Assembly: GCA_946403545.1 (NCBI GenBank)
Contig: CAMJAG010000002.1
Span: forward strand, 4,600 to 68,599
Origin: an uncultured Bacillales bacterium
GTDB lineage: Bacteria > Bacillota_I > Bacilli_A > RFN20 > CAG-826
DNA length: 64,000 nt
Reading direction: 5' to 3'
Part shown: positions 24,824 through 32,924 of the stretch, in pieces
Position numbering within the stretch: position 1 is the first letter of the stretch
Layout of the letters: each line of letters starts with the position of its first letter
Made by a program: the position numbers and the translations under genes
Notes under the pieces: generated by a model
What the model was told of the DNA's origin: nothing
The model's database searches: none
The model's input: only the letters and a program-made list of their open reading frames with translations

Positions 24824-26964
24824 TAGATATCAATTGCCTCGTTACTTTGTAAAAATCTAATTAACGCTAATTTAGCGGTGTAATCATCGTATTGTATATA
24901 AGATGTGTATTGACTAGAGTTGCTAGTCTTACCAGCGATATATGAAATTGTAACACAATTTGTGTATCCATCAGTATATATAGGTTCACATAACTCCCAA
25001 GAAGGGTTACTTGAACTTCTAATCCTGCTTACATTTCGAGAATTACATTTCTCTAGACATAATGGATTATCAAACGGAGTAGTTTTAATCAAATCTCGAT
25101 AAGTAAAATCACCTTGAGGAATATAATCCACTCTTACTCCACCAGTATTATGAGATGCAATATAAACTGTTTTATTATCAAACAAATCAGGATTGTCATT
25201 AACAAACCATACCATCGCTTGGCAAATTACTAAAGTAAATTGATTTTTGCTATAACCTTGATCAAATGTTCTTAACACTGAATCTGGGTCTGCAAGGAAT
25301 TCATCTTTATATTTTTCTACTAAATCAGTGATTTCTTTATCTTCAGTTCTGCAATTGTTAACTGCATTAAGAACTTCTACTGTTCCAGTAGCACTATAGG
25401 AAATACCATCTTCACTTGTTAATTCAAATGTCATATGACCAATATTTTCACCATTACAACCAGTTTCCATATATGGAACTTCATTGCAATATCCTTGCTT
25501 TTTGTAGTGGTCATGCGCAAACATCATGCCATCAACATATCTAGCACCAGTTTGTGTATCAATTTGAGTTAAATCATAGTAGCTTGTGCCATATCCATCA
25601 TCACCATTATTAAGCCCTTCATCATGACCAACAGAAAGAATTAGATCACAGTTATAGGACAATCTAAGGGTTCTAGAATACTCTTTAATATAATTAAATG
25701 GTGAAGGGAAATAAAAATCACTACCATATTGAGCATCAATACTACTACCCATATCCGCTCTTGCATAACCAACAATACCAATTTTAAGACCATCTCTTTC
25801 AATAACGGTAAATGGTTCTAACCAATCAGGACGAGTAGTTTTATCGTTAGCGTAGAATGTATTACAAGAAAGTAATGGGAAATCCATCATTTCTTGGTTA
25901 GATATAATCTTGTCTTCACCCCAGTCAAATTCATGGTTACCTAATGTCATTGCATCAAAACCAATGATGTTCATAGCATCTACCATAATATGGCCACGTG
26001 TATCATTACTTTCAACCCCACCTTGGAACATATCTCCACCAGAAAGAATGATAGCATTTTCATCTTCATCTGCTTTCTTATCTTTAAGATAAGATGAGAT
26101 ATAAGCCATACCAGCTTCACCATCATCAGTGTTTCTAATAAATGATCCATGTGTGTCGTTTACATAGTAAACATTAATTGTTTTATCATTTCCGGTTTGT
26201 CCACCAGAATTCTTTTCAACTTTAATGTCAAAACTAATTGAAGCGTAACCCTCTACTCTAACTTCAACAGGAATTGTTCCTGAATACTTTAAAATATCAC
26301 CATCTTTAATTGAAAGAGTGTACGCTAAATCAGTTTTGCCTTTATTATCTCCTACTGAAAGACCAGTAGAATCAAATGCATCTCCTACTTTATAAGTGGT
26401 TTTATTAGGAAGATGATTAATGACTAATTCAAGATCCTTTTCTACCACTACTTTAAATGATGTAGCGGAATATCCTTCTTTTGTAACATTAATTGTCTTT
26501 TCACCAATAGAAGTAAATGCATCGCCAACTCTGTAAGAGAGATTATAATCTTTAACTTCTTCTCCACCATCACTAGTGATGATTAGTCCATCAACAGTGA
26601 AGTATTCGCCTAATTTATATGTTGTTTTGTTAGGCATTTGTGCTACTTTGAGCACTGGCATCTTTTTAATTTCAATCTTAAAAGAAGCAGGTTTATAGTC
26701 TTCTTTCGTAAGTTCAACTTTTCTAATTCCTTCTTTTTTAAGAATTGTGCCTCTAGAAATAGAACAATCATAGTCTTCTACTTCCACACCATCTTTATCT
26801 ACAACCACTAAACCATCAGTGGAAAACATTTCGTTTACGTTATATACGACTTTATCTGGTTGTTTGTTAATAATTAAAGTATTCGAAAAACGAGTGTTAT
26901 TACATCCAGATAAAGGAAGTAATATTGAGATTATTAAACATTTAAAAAATTGTTTAATCTTCAT
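24823..26964 (-). CDS. surface lipoprotein: three Big_3-like repeats fused to a 5'-nucleotidase / metallophosphoesterase (UshA family)
   Basis: Lipobox LPLSGC. Three ~75 aa repeats (PDKVVYNVNEMFSTDGLVV, PNKTTYKLGEYFTVDGLII, PNKTTYKVGDAFDSTGLSV). Metallophosphatase motifs VNDTHGS, GGDMFQGG and GNHEFDWG, and a C-terminal 5'-nucleotidase substrate-binding-like region (YRDLIKTTPFDNPL). Confidence 0.82.
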   Translation of the reverse strand: MKIKQFFKCLIISILLPLSGCNNTRFSNTLIINKQPDKVVYNVNEMFSTDGLVVVDKDGVEVEDYDCSISRGTILKKEGIRKVELTKEDYKPASFKIEIKKMPVLKVAQMPNKTTYKLGEYFTVDGLIITSDGGEEVKDYNLSYRVGDAFTSIGEKTINVTKEGYSATSFKVVVEKDLELVINHLPNKTTYKVGDAFDSTGLSVGDNKGKTDLAYTLSIKDGDILKYSGTIPVEVRVEGYASISFDIKVEKNSGGQTGNDKTINVYYVNDTHGSFIRNTDDGEAGMAYISSYLKDKKADEDENAIILSGGDMFQGGVESNDTRGHIMVDAMNIIGFDAMTLGNHEFDWGEDKIISNQEMMDFPLLSCNTFYANDKTTRPDWLEPFTVIERDGLKIGIVGYARADMGSSIDAQYGSDFYFPSPFNYIKEYSRTLRLSYNCDLILSVGHDEGLNNGDDGYGTSYYDLTQIDTQTGARYVDGMMFAHDHYKKQGYCNEVPYMETGCNGENIGHMTFELTSEDGISYSATGTVEVLNAVNNCRTEDKEITDLVEKYKDEFLADPDSVLRTFDQGYSKNQFTLVICQAMVWFVNDNPDLFDNKTVYIASHNTGGVRVDYIPQGDFTYRDLIKTTPFDNPLCLEKCNSRNVSRIRSSSNPSWELCEPIYTDGYTNCVTISYIAGKTSNSSQYTSYIQYDDYTAKLALIRFLQSNEAIDI

Positions 26965-26987
26965 AGTAAAAGTATTTTACAAGAAAA

Positions 26988-27026
26988 GAATAAAAAAATA
27001 AAGGACTACGCTTTCGAGTAGTCCTT
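26988..27026 (-). terminator. strong terminator after tuf
   Basis: Perfect 9 bp stem AAGGACUAC / GUAGUCCUU (27001-27026) with an 8 nt loop, followed on the minus strand by UAUUUUUUUAUU. Confidence 0.8.
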
Positions 27027-27053
27027 ATATTTTGAATTAATCTCTTAACAAAA

Positions 27054-28238
27054 TTATTTGAGAATTTCGTTAACTGTACCAGCACCAACTGTACGGCCAC
27101 CTTCACGGATGGAGAATTTTGTACCTTTTTCCATAGCGATTGGGTGAATGAGTTCAACTGTTAATTCAACGTTATCACCAGGCATAACCATGTCAACACC
27201 TGCAGGAAGTGTAATGACACCAGTGACGTCTGTTGTACGGAAGTAGAATTGTGGTCTGTAGTTGCTTAAGAAAGCTGTATGACGGCCACCTTCTGCTGCT
27301 GTTAAAACGTAAACTGAACCTTTGAAGAGTTTGTGTGGAGTAACTGTTCCAGGTTTTGCTAAGACTTGACCACGTTGGACTTGGTCACGGTTGATACCTC
27401 TTAAGAGGACACCAACGTTGTCACCAGATGTGACGTAATCACATGTCTTACGGAATGATTCAAGACCTGTAATAACAGATGTTTGAGTATCACGGATACC
27501 AACGATTTCGACGTTGTCACCTAATTTAGCTGTACCACGTTCGACACGGCCTGTAACGACTGTACCACGACCAGAAATTGTCATAACGTCTTCGATAGCT
27601 AATAAGAATGGTTTGTCTGTTTCTCTAGCTGGAGCTGGGATGTAAGAATCACATGCATCCATGAGTTCGAGAATGTGTTGTTGTTCAGCTGGGTCACCAT
27701 CAAGAGCTTTTCTTGCGGAACCACGGATAACTGGGACTTCGTCACCAGGGAAACCATAGCTGTTTAATAAGTCACGAACATCCATTTCGACTAAGTCTAA
27801 TAATTCTGGATCATCGACTAAGTCTGTTTTGTTGATAAAGACAACAATGTATGGAACACCAACTTGACGAGCAAGAAGGATGTGTTCACGTGTTTGTGGC
27901 ATAACGCCGTCTGTACCTGCAACAACGAGGATAGCACCATCCATTTGTGCAGCACCAGTAATCATGTTCTTAACATAGTCAGCGTGGCCTGGGCAGTCAA
28001 CGTGAGCATAGTGTCTTTTAGCAGTTTGATATTCAATGTGTGCAGTATTAATTGTAATACCACGAGCTTTTTCTTCAGGTGCTGAGTCGATTTGGTCATA
28101 AGCTGTAGCGACTGCGCCACCTTGTTTAGCTAAGACAGATGTAATAGCAGCAGTTAATGTTGTTTTACCGTGGTCGACGTGACCGATTGTACCAATATTA
28201 ACGTGTTCTTTGGATCTGTCAAATTGTTGTTTTGCCAT
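27054..28238 (-). CDS. tuf: elongation factor Tu
   Basis: 394 aa with [18 protein letters not shown] and NKTD motifs. Unmistakable EF-Tu. Confidence 0.98.
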   Translation of the reverse strand: MAKQQFDRSKEHVNIGTIGHVDHGKTTLTAAITSVLAKQGGAVATAYDQIDSAPEEKARGITINTAHIEYQTAKRHYAHVDCPGHADYVKNMITGAAQMDGAILVVAGTDGVMPQTREHILLARQVGVPYIVVFINKTDLVDDPELLDLVEMDVRDLLNSYGFPGDEVPVIRGSARKALDGDPAEQQHILELMDACDSYIPAPARETDKPFLLAIEDVMTISGRGTVVTGRVERGTAKLGDNVEIVGIRDTQTSVITGLESFRKTCDYVTSGDNVGVLLRGINRDQVQRGQVLAKPGTVTPHKLFKGSVYVLTAAEGGRHTAFLSNYRPQFYFRTTDVTGVITLPAGVDMVMPGDNVELTVELIHPIAMEKGTKFSIREGGRTVGAGTVNEILK

Positions 28239-28288
28239 ATAATTGAAATCTCCTTTCGATCGTATAATGCAAACTTTGCAACGAAATC

Positions 28289-28317
28289 ATAATATAGCAT
28301 TTAATTTTAATGTGCAA
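28289..28317 (-). promoter_or_regulatory. candidate internal promoter for tuf
   Basis: Minus strand reads TTGCAC (28312-28317), 17 nt spacer, TATTAT (28289-28294) in the fusA-tuf spacer. Confidence 0.4.
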
Positions 28318-28343
28318 CACCTATTTCATAGGTATTACTTCGA

Positions 28344-30425
28344 TTATTTGCCGGTGTTAACTCCAGCTTTCTTAAGAATTTCATCTTGAATGAATCTTGG
28401 TGTTTCGCCATATCTATCGAATTGCATGACGTAGTTACCACGACCTTGAGTCATACTTCTTAAGTCAGTAACATAGCCGAACATTTCACTAAGTGGAACT
28501 TCAGCTTCAATAATTTTTGCATTAGCTCTTTGAGATTCGCCTGTAACTTGACCTCTTCTACGAGCGATATCACCAACGACATCACCATAGTATTGATCAG
28601 GAACTGTAACTTCAATTTTCATGATTGGTTCAAGAATAACTGGTTTACATTTCTTAGCAGCTTCTTTTAAAGCCATGCTTGCTGCGATCTTGTATGCAGC
28701 TTCAGAGGAGTCAACATCGTGATAGCTACCATCGAATAATGTAGCTTTCACATCCACTACTGGGAATCCAGCAATCATACCTCTGCCTAATGCATCGACT
28801 AAGCCATCTTGAGTTGGTTTAATGTATTCTCTTGGAACACTACCACCGACGACAGCGTCGACGAATTCGAATCCCTTGCCTTCGTTTGGTTCGAATTTGA
28901 TCCAAACGTGACCGTATTGACCACGACCACCGGATTGTTTGATGTACTTACCTTCGCAGTCGCCTGCTTCTTTAATTGTTTCTCTGTATTCGACTTGTGG
29001 AGCACCAACGTTAACTTGAACGTTAAATTCTCTTCTCATACGGTCAACAATAATGTCGAGGTGGAGTTCACCAACACCAGCGATAAGTGTTTGGCCTGTT
29101 TCAGCGTTTGTTCTAACGCGGAATGTAGGGTCTTCTTCTGCTAACTTTTGAAGAGCAATATTCATCTTTTCTTGGTCAGCTTTTGTTTTAGGTTCAACTG
29201 CTTCTTCAATAACAGGAGCAGGGAATTCCATTTTTTCAAGAACGACTTCATTCTTTTCATCACATAATGTATCGCCTGTGATAGTTTGTTTTAAACCAAC
29301 GACAGCACCGATATCACCAGCGTGTAATTCTTCAACTTCTTGACGGTGGTTAGAGTGCATTAAGACAACACGTCCAATTCTTTCTTTAACACCTTTTGTG
29401 GAGTTGATGACATAGGAGCCACTCTTTAATACACCAGAGTAAACTCTGACGTATGCTAATCTACCAATGAATGGGTCAGTAGCAATCTTGAATGCTAATG
29501 CTGCTAATGGAGCGGAGTCATCTGGTGTACAAGTGACATCGTTACCATTTTCATCAGTACCTTTAGCAGGTGGAATATCTAATGGACTTGGGAGGTAGTC
29601 AACGACACCATCAAGTAACATTTGGATATTCTTATTCTTGTAAGCGGAACCGCAGAAGACTGGGTGGAATTCACCAGTTAAAACTGCTTTACGAATACAA
29701 GCTTTTGTTTGTTCAATTGTTGGTTCTTGACCTTCAAGGACCATCATTAAGATTTCTTCATCGAAATTGGATAAAGCTTCGAATAATTTTTCTCTTAATT
29801 CTAAGACTTTAGCCTTGTATTCTTCTGGAATTTCGATTTCTTGTGGATCATCATGAACATCACTTGTGTAAACATAAGCTTTTTGTTCAATGATATCGAT
29901 ACAACCTTTAAGTGTTGATTCAATGCCGATTGGGTATTGAACTGCAGCTGCATTAGCACCTAAACGTTCATGTAAAGAACGAACACACATTTCAAAGTCA
30001 GCACCGATAGCATCTAACTTGTTAACGAAGACAATTCTAGGGACACCGTATTTGCTACCTTGTCTCCAAACTGTTTCTGTTTGTGGTTCGACACCGTTTT
30101 TACCATCAAGAACTGTAACAGCACCATCAAGAACACGTAATGAACGTTCAACTTCAACTGTGAAGTCGACGTGTCCAGGAGTGTCGATGATGTTGATTCT
30201 ATTACCTTTCCAGCATGCTGTTGTAGCAGCGGAAGTAATTGTAATACCTCTTTCTTGTTCTTGAGCCATCCAGTCCATAGTAGCGCTACCTTCGTGAGTT
30301 TCGCCAATCTTATGGATTTTTCCGGTGAAGTATAAGATACGTTCAGTAGTAGTTGTTTTACCAGCATCAATGTGAGCCATGATGCCGATATTTCGTGTAT
30401 GAGCTAAGTCAAATTCACGTGCCAT
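28344..30425 (-). CDS. fusA: elongation factor G
   Basis: 693 aa with [12 protein letters not shown] and DTPGHVDF. Conserved position between rpsG and tuf. Confidence 0.98.
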   Translation of the reverse strand: MAREFDLAHTRNIGIMAHIDAGKTTTTERILYFTGKIHKIGETHEGSATMDWMAQEQERGITITSAATTACWKGNRINIIDTPGHVDFTVEVERSLRVLDGAVTVLDGKNGVEPQTETVWRQGSKYGVPRIVFVNKLDAIGADFEMCVRSLHERLGANAAAVQYPIGIESTLKGCIDIIEQKAYVYTSDVHDDPQEIEIPEEYKAKVLELREKLFEALSNFDEEILMMVLEGQEPTIEQTKACIRKAVLTGEFHPVFCGSAYKNKNIQMLLDGVVDYLPSPLDIPPAKGTDENGNDVTCTPDDSAPLAALAFKIATDPFIGRLAYVRVYSGVLKSGSYVINSTKGVKERIGRVVLMHSNHRQEVEELHAGDIGAVVGLKQTITGDTLCDEKNEVVLEKMEFPAPVIEEAVEPKTKADQEKMNIALQKLAEEDPTFRVRTNAETGQTLIAGVGELHLDIIVDRMRREFNVQVNVGAPQVEYRETIKEAGDCEGKYIKQSGGRGQYGHVWIKFEPNEGKGFEFVDAVVGGSVPREYIKPTQDGLVDALGRGMIAGFPVVDVKATLFDGSYHDVDSSEAAYKIAASMALKEAAKKCKPVILEPIMKIEVTVPDQYYGDVVGDIARRRGQVTGESQRANAKIIEAEVPLSEMFGYVTDLRSMTQGRGNYVMQFDRYGETPRFIQDEILKKAGVNTGK

Positions 30426-30443
30426 TTCAACAACCCTCCTGAA

Positions 30444-30911
30444 TTACCAACGATAATGTGCGTAAGCTTTGTTAGCTTCAGCCATCTTGTGAGTGTCTTC
30501 TCTCTTCTTGACAGAAGCACCTGTACCGTTAGCAGCATCGATAATTTCGTTTGTTAAACGATCTTCCATTGTTTTTTCATTTCTTAATCTTGAGTAGTTA
30601 ACTAACCATCTAAGGCCAAGTGTAACTTTTCTTTCAGGAGAAACTTCTGTTGGAACTTGGAAGTTTGCACCACCGATACGGCGCATTTTTAATTCAACTT
30701 CTGGCATGATGTTGTTTAATGCTGTTGCAAAAACATCCATTGCAGGTTTGCCAGTTTTTTCTTCGATCTTCTTGAATGCTGTATAAAGGATCTTTTGAGA
30801 TGTACCTTTTTTACCATCAAGCATGATCTTATTAATTAAACGTGTAACCAATTTTGAATTATAAATTGGATCTGGTAACACGTCACGTTTTGTAGCATTT
30901 CCTTTACGCAT
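30444..30911 (-). CDS. rpsG: 30S ribosomal protein S7
   Basis: 155 aa, [27 protein letters not shown]..., C-terminal AHYRW. Confidence 0.97.
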   Translation of the reverse strand: MRKGNATKRDVLPDPIYNSKLVTRLINKIMLDGKKGTSQKILYTAFKKIEEKTGKPAMDVFATALNNIMPEVELKMRRIGGANFQVPTEVSPERKVTLGLRWLVNYSRLRNEKTMEDRLTNEIIDAANGTGASVKKREDTHKMAEANKAYAHYRW

Positions 30912-30929
30912 AGTTACTAATCCTCCTTA

Positions 30930-31349
30930 TTAATTGCTTGATTTTGGTTTCTTTGTTCCGTATAAAGAACGTCCTTGACGACGTGCTTCAATACCGGCAC
31001 AGTCTAGTGTTCCACGTACGATATGATATCTAACACCAGGTAAGTCTTTAACACGGCCGCCACGAATGATGACAGTACTGTGTTCTTGTAAGTTGTGTCC
31101 TTCACCACCGATGTATGCAGTAACTTCATATCCATTAGATAATCTAACACGAGCGTACTTTCTTAAAGCTGAGTTAGGTTTCTTAGGAGTCATAGTACCG
31201 ACACGGGTGCAGACACCACGTTTTTGTGCAGCTGGTTGACTTGTCTCTTTTTTCTTTAAAGAGTTCCATCTTTGTCCAAGAGCAGGTGCTTTGGATTTCC
31301 AAGATTTATTTTGTCTACCTTGACGCACTAATTGGTTAATGGTTGGCAT
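30930..31349 (-). CDS. rpsL: 30S ribosomal protein S12
   Basis: Start placed at ATG 31347-31349 ([12 protein letters not shown]). It contains the [10 protein letters not shown] motif. RBS AAAGGAG lies upstream. Confidence 0.97.
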   Translation of the reverse strand: MPTINQLVRQGRQNKSWKSKAPALGQRWNSLKKKETSQPAAQKRGVCTRVGTMTPKKPNSALRKYARVRLSNGYEVTAYIGGEGHNLQEHSTVIIRGGRVKDLPGVRYHIVRGTLDCAGIEARRQGRSLYGTKKPKSSN

Positions 31350-31464
31350 ATATAATGCTCCTTTCACTCATAGTTCAGTTTGTGCATTTTCCACAGTACC
31401 GGGTGTATCACTATTCCTTCTTTAAAAAAGTGACCTATAGGTCTGTGTTTGGCACACGCTTAAT

Positions 31465-31493
31465 AATATAGAGAAAAAATAAACACATTGCAA
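31465..31493 (-). promoter_or_regulatory. candidate promoter of the rpsL-rpsG-fusA-tuf operon
   Basis: Minus strand reads TTGCAA (31488-31493), 17 nt spacer, TATATT (31465-31470). This leaves a ~105 nt leader before rpsL. Confidence 0.55.
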
Positions 31494-31563
31494 TAGAAAA
31501 ATTATATTTTTTTCTTTCACATATCCAGGTGTGTCAAAATATAGTGAAAATCCCACTACTATT

Positions 31564-31596
31564 GAAAGAAAAAAGAAGCCATAATTAGTGGCTTCT
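31564..31596 (-). terminator. terminator after acpP
   Basis: Stem AGAAGCC / GGCUUCU (31574-31596) with a 9 nt loop, then UUUUUCUUUC on the minus strand. Confidence 0.7.
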
Positions 31597-31617
31597 CTTT
31601 CACCTATAATTTTTCTA

Positions 31618-31842
31618 TTATTTCTTGTTTGCTTCAATATATTTAATAACATCACCTACTGTAGCAAAGTTGATTGCATCGTTAAATTCAACGCCGAATT
31701 CATCTTCAATTGCCATAGCAAGCATCATAATACCTAAACTATCAAAATGTAGATCTTCAAATAATCTAGTTTCCTCTGTAACACCTTCAGTATTAACTTC
31801 AGGCATAACACCACTAATAAGCTGTTTTAATTTCTCTAACAT
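31618..31842 (-). CDS. acpP: acyl carrier protein
   Basis: 74 aa, acidic, with the phosphopantetheine attachment motif DSLG (LHFDSLGIMML). Confidence 0.85.
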   Translation of the reverse strand: MLEKLKQLISGVMPEVNTEGVTEETRLFEDLHFDSLGIMMLAMAIEDEFGVEFNDAINFATVGDVIKYIEANKK

Positions 31843-31859
31843 ACATGCGTTCCTCTTTA

Positions 31860-32831
31860 TTATTTATTATAAATAGATATTCCTTCGTGATAGTTTAACA
31901 ACATTCTTGATAGATTAACAAATGTCTTTTCATTAGAGTTACCTCTAGCTTTAACAATTGTCTTTCTAGCACCTAATACGAACGCTCCTCCTAAAGAGGA
32001 AATGTCATATTTGGACATTAAGTATTGCACTACTTCCATGAATTCAGGTCTATTATTCTTTTTAGAATATTTAACTATATCTGTAATAAGGTTTTTAGCC
32101 ATACCTTCGGTATTCTTTAAGACTTGGTTACCTGCAAAGCCATCACATACTAATACATCACAATCACCACTTAAGGATTTATTACCTTCAATATTACCTA
32201 CAAAGTTTAAAGAAGTATCTGCTTCTAAGATTGGATAAGTTTCTTTAACTAATTTATTACCTTTAGTTTTTTCTGCTCCATTAGAGAGTAATCCAACCTT
32301 TGGAGAATCTATCTTATAGAGTTTCTTCATAAAATCACTACCTAACTTAGCGAATTCATGAAGTTGATAGCTATCTACATCAATAGTAGCACCAGTATCT
32401 ACGATACAAGTAAATGCATCTTTAGCGTTAGGTAAGATAGCAGCCATACATGGTCTAGTTCTTTGTTCATTCATTAAGAATCTAACTGAACCTACTAGGA
32501 TAGCACCACTGTTACCAGCGGTAATCATGCCAATGTATTTGTCGCTTGATCCTACTAACTTCATAGCTTGCACTAAACTTGCTTGTGGTTTTGTCATAAT
32601 ACCAGTCATAGGATTTTCAAAGTTTGTAATAGTTTCATTAGCGTCCACGATTTCCACTCTTGACATATCTGAACCTAATTCTTTTAATTTAGATTCGATT
32701 AAATCTTTTGGTCCAACTAGAGCGAAACTTAGACTAGGTAGCTCCGCTAATGCTTTAGAAATACTTGAAACAACCATTTCAGGCCCTTCGTCAGCGCCTA
32801 AACAATCAATAACAATAATTTTATCAGTCAT
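31860..32831 (-). CDS. plsX: phosphate acyltransferase PlsX
   Basis: 323 aa. Family pattern IVIDCLGADEGPE ... MITAGNSGA ... DGFAGNQVLK. Confidence 0.9.
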   Translation of the reverse strand: MTDKIIVIDCLGADEGPEMVVSSISKALAELPSLSFALVGPKDLIESKLKELGSDMSRVEIVDANETITNFENPMTGIMTKPQASLVQAMKLVGSSDKYIGMITAGNSGAILVGSVRFLMNEQRTRPCMAAILPNAKDAFTCIVDTGATIDVDSYQLHEFAKLGSDFMKKLYKIDSPKVGLLSNGAEKTKGNKLVKETYPILEADTSLNFVGNIEGNKSLSGDCDVLVCDGFAGNQVLKNTEGMAKNLITDIVKYSKKNNRPEFMEVVQYLMSKYDISSLGGAFVLGARKTIVKARGNSNEKTFVNLSRMLLNYHEGISIYNK

Positions 32832-32857
32832 ATATAATATGCCCTCTCAGCAAATGT

Positions 32858-32886
32858 ATTTTATCACATATTTATTTAAGGGTTAA
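32858..32886 (-). promoter_or_regulatory. candidate promoter of plsX-acpP with an extended -10
   Basis: Minus strand reads TTAACC (32881-32886), 17 nt spacer, TG-A-TAAAAT (-10 at 32858-32863). Confidence 0.45.
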
Positions 32887-32888
32887 GA

Positions 32889-32912
32889 AAAGACCTCCAT
32901 TAGGAGGCCTTA
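32889..32912 (-). terminator. terminator after the GH3 gene at 32925
   Basis: Minus-strand AGGCCUCC-UAAU-GGAGGUCU followed by UUUCUU. Confidence 0.7.
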
Positions 32913-32924
32913 TCTAAATTGATA

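Noticed and set aside
28319-28343. Hairpin AUACCUAU-GAA-AUAGGUGU after fusA as a terminator
   Set aside because: No U-tract follows it, and fusA-tuf are normally co-transcribed. It may be a processing or stability element at most.
31422-31655. 77 aa minus-strand ORF between rpsL and acpP
   Set aside because: It overlaps the acpP stop region and spans the acpP terminator hairpin (31574-31596) and the rpsL promoter candidate (31465-31493). The sequence is low-complexity and hydrophobic, as expected from AT-rich spacer, and has no RBS. Treated as non-coding.
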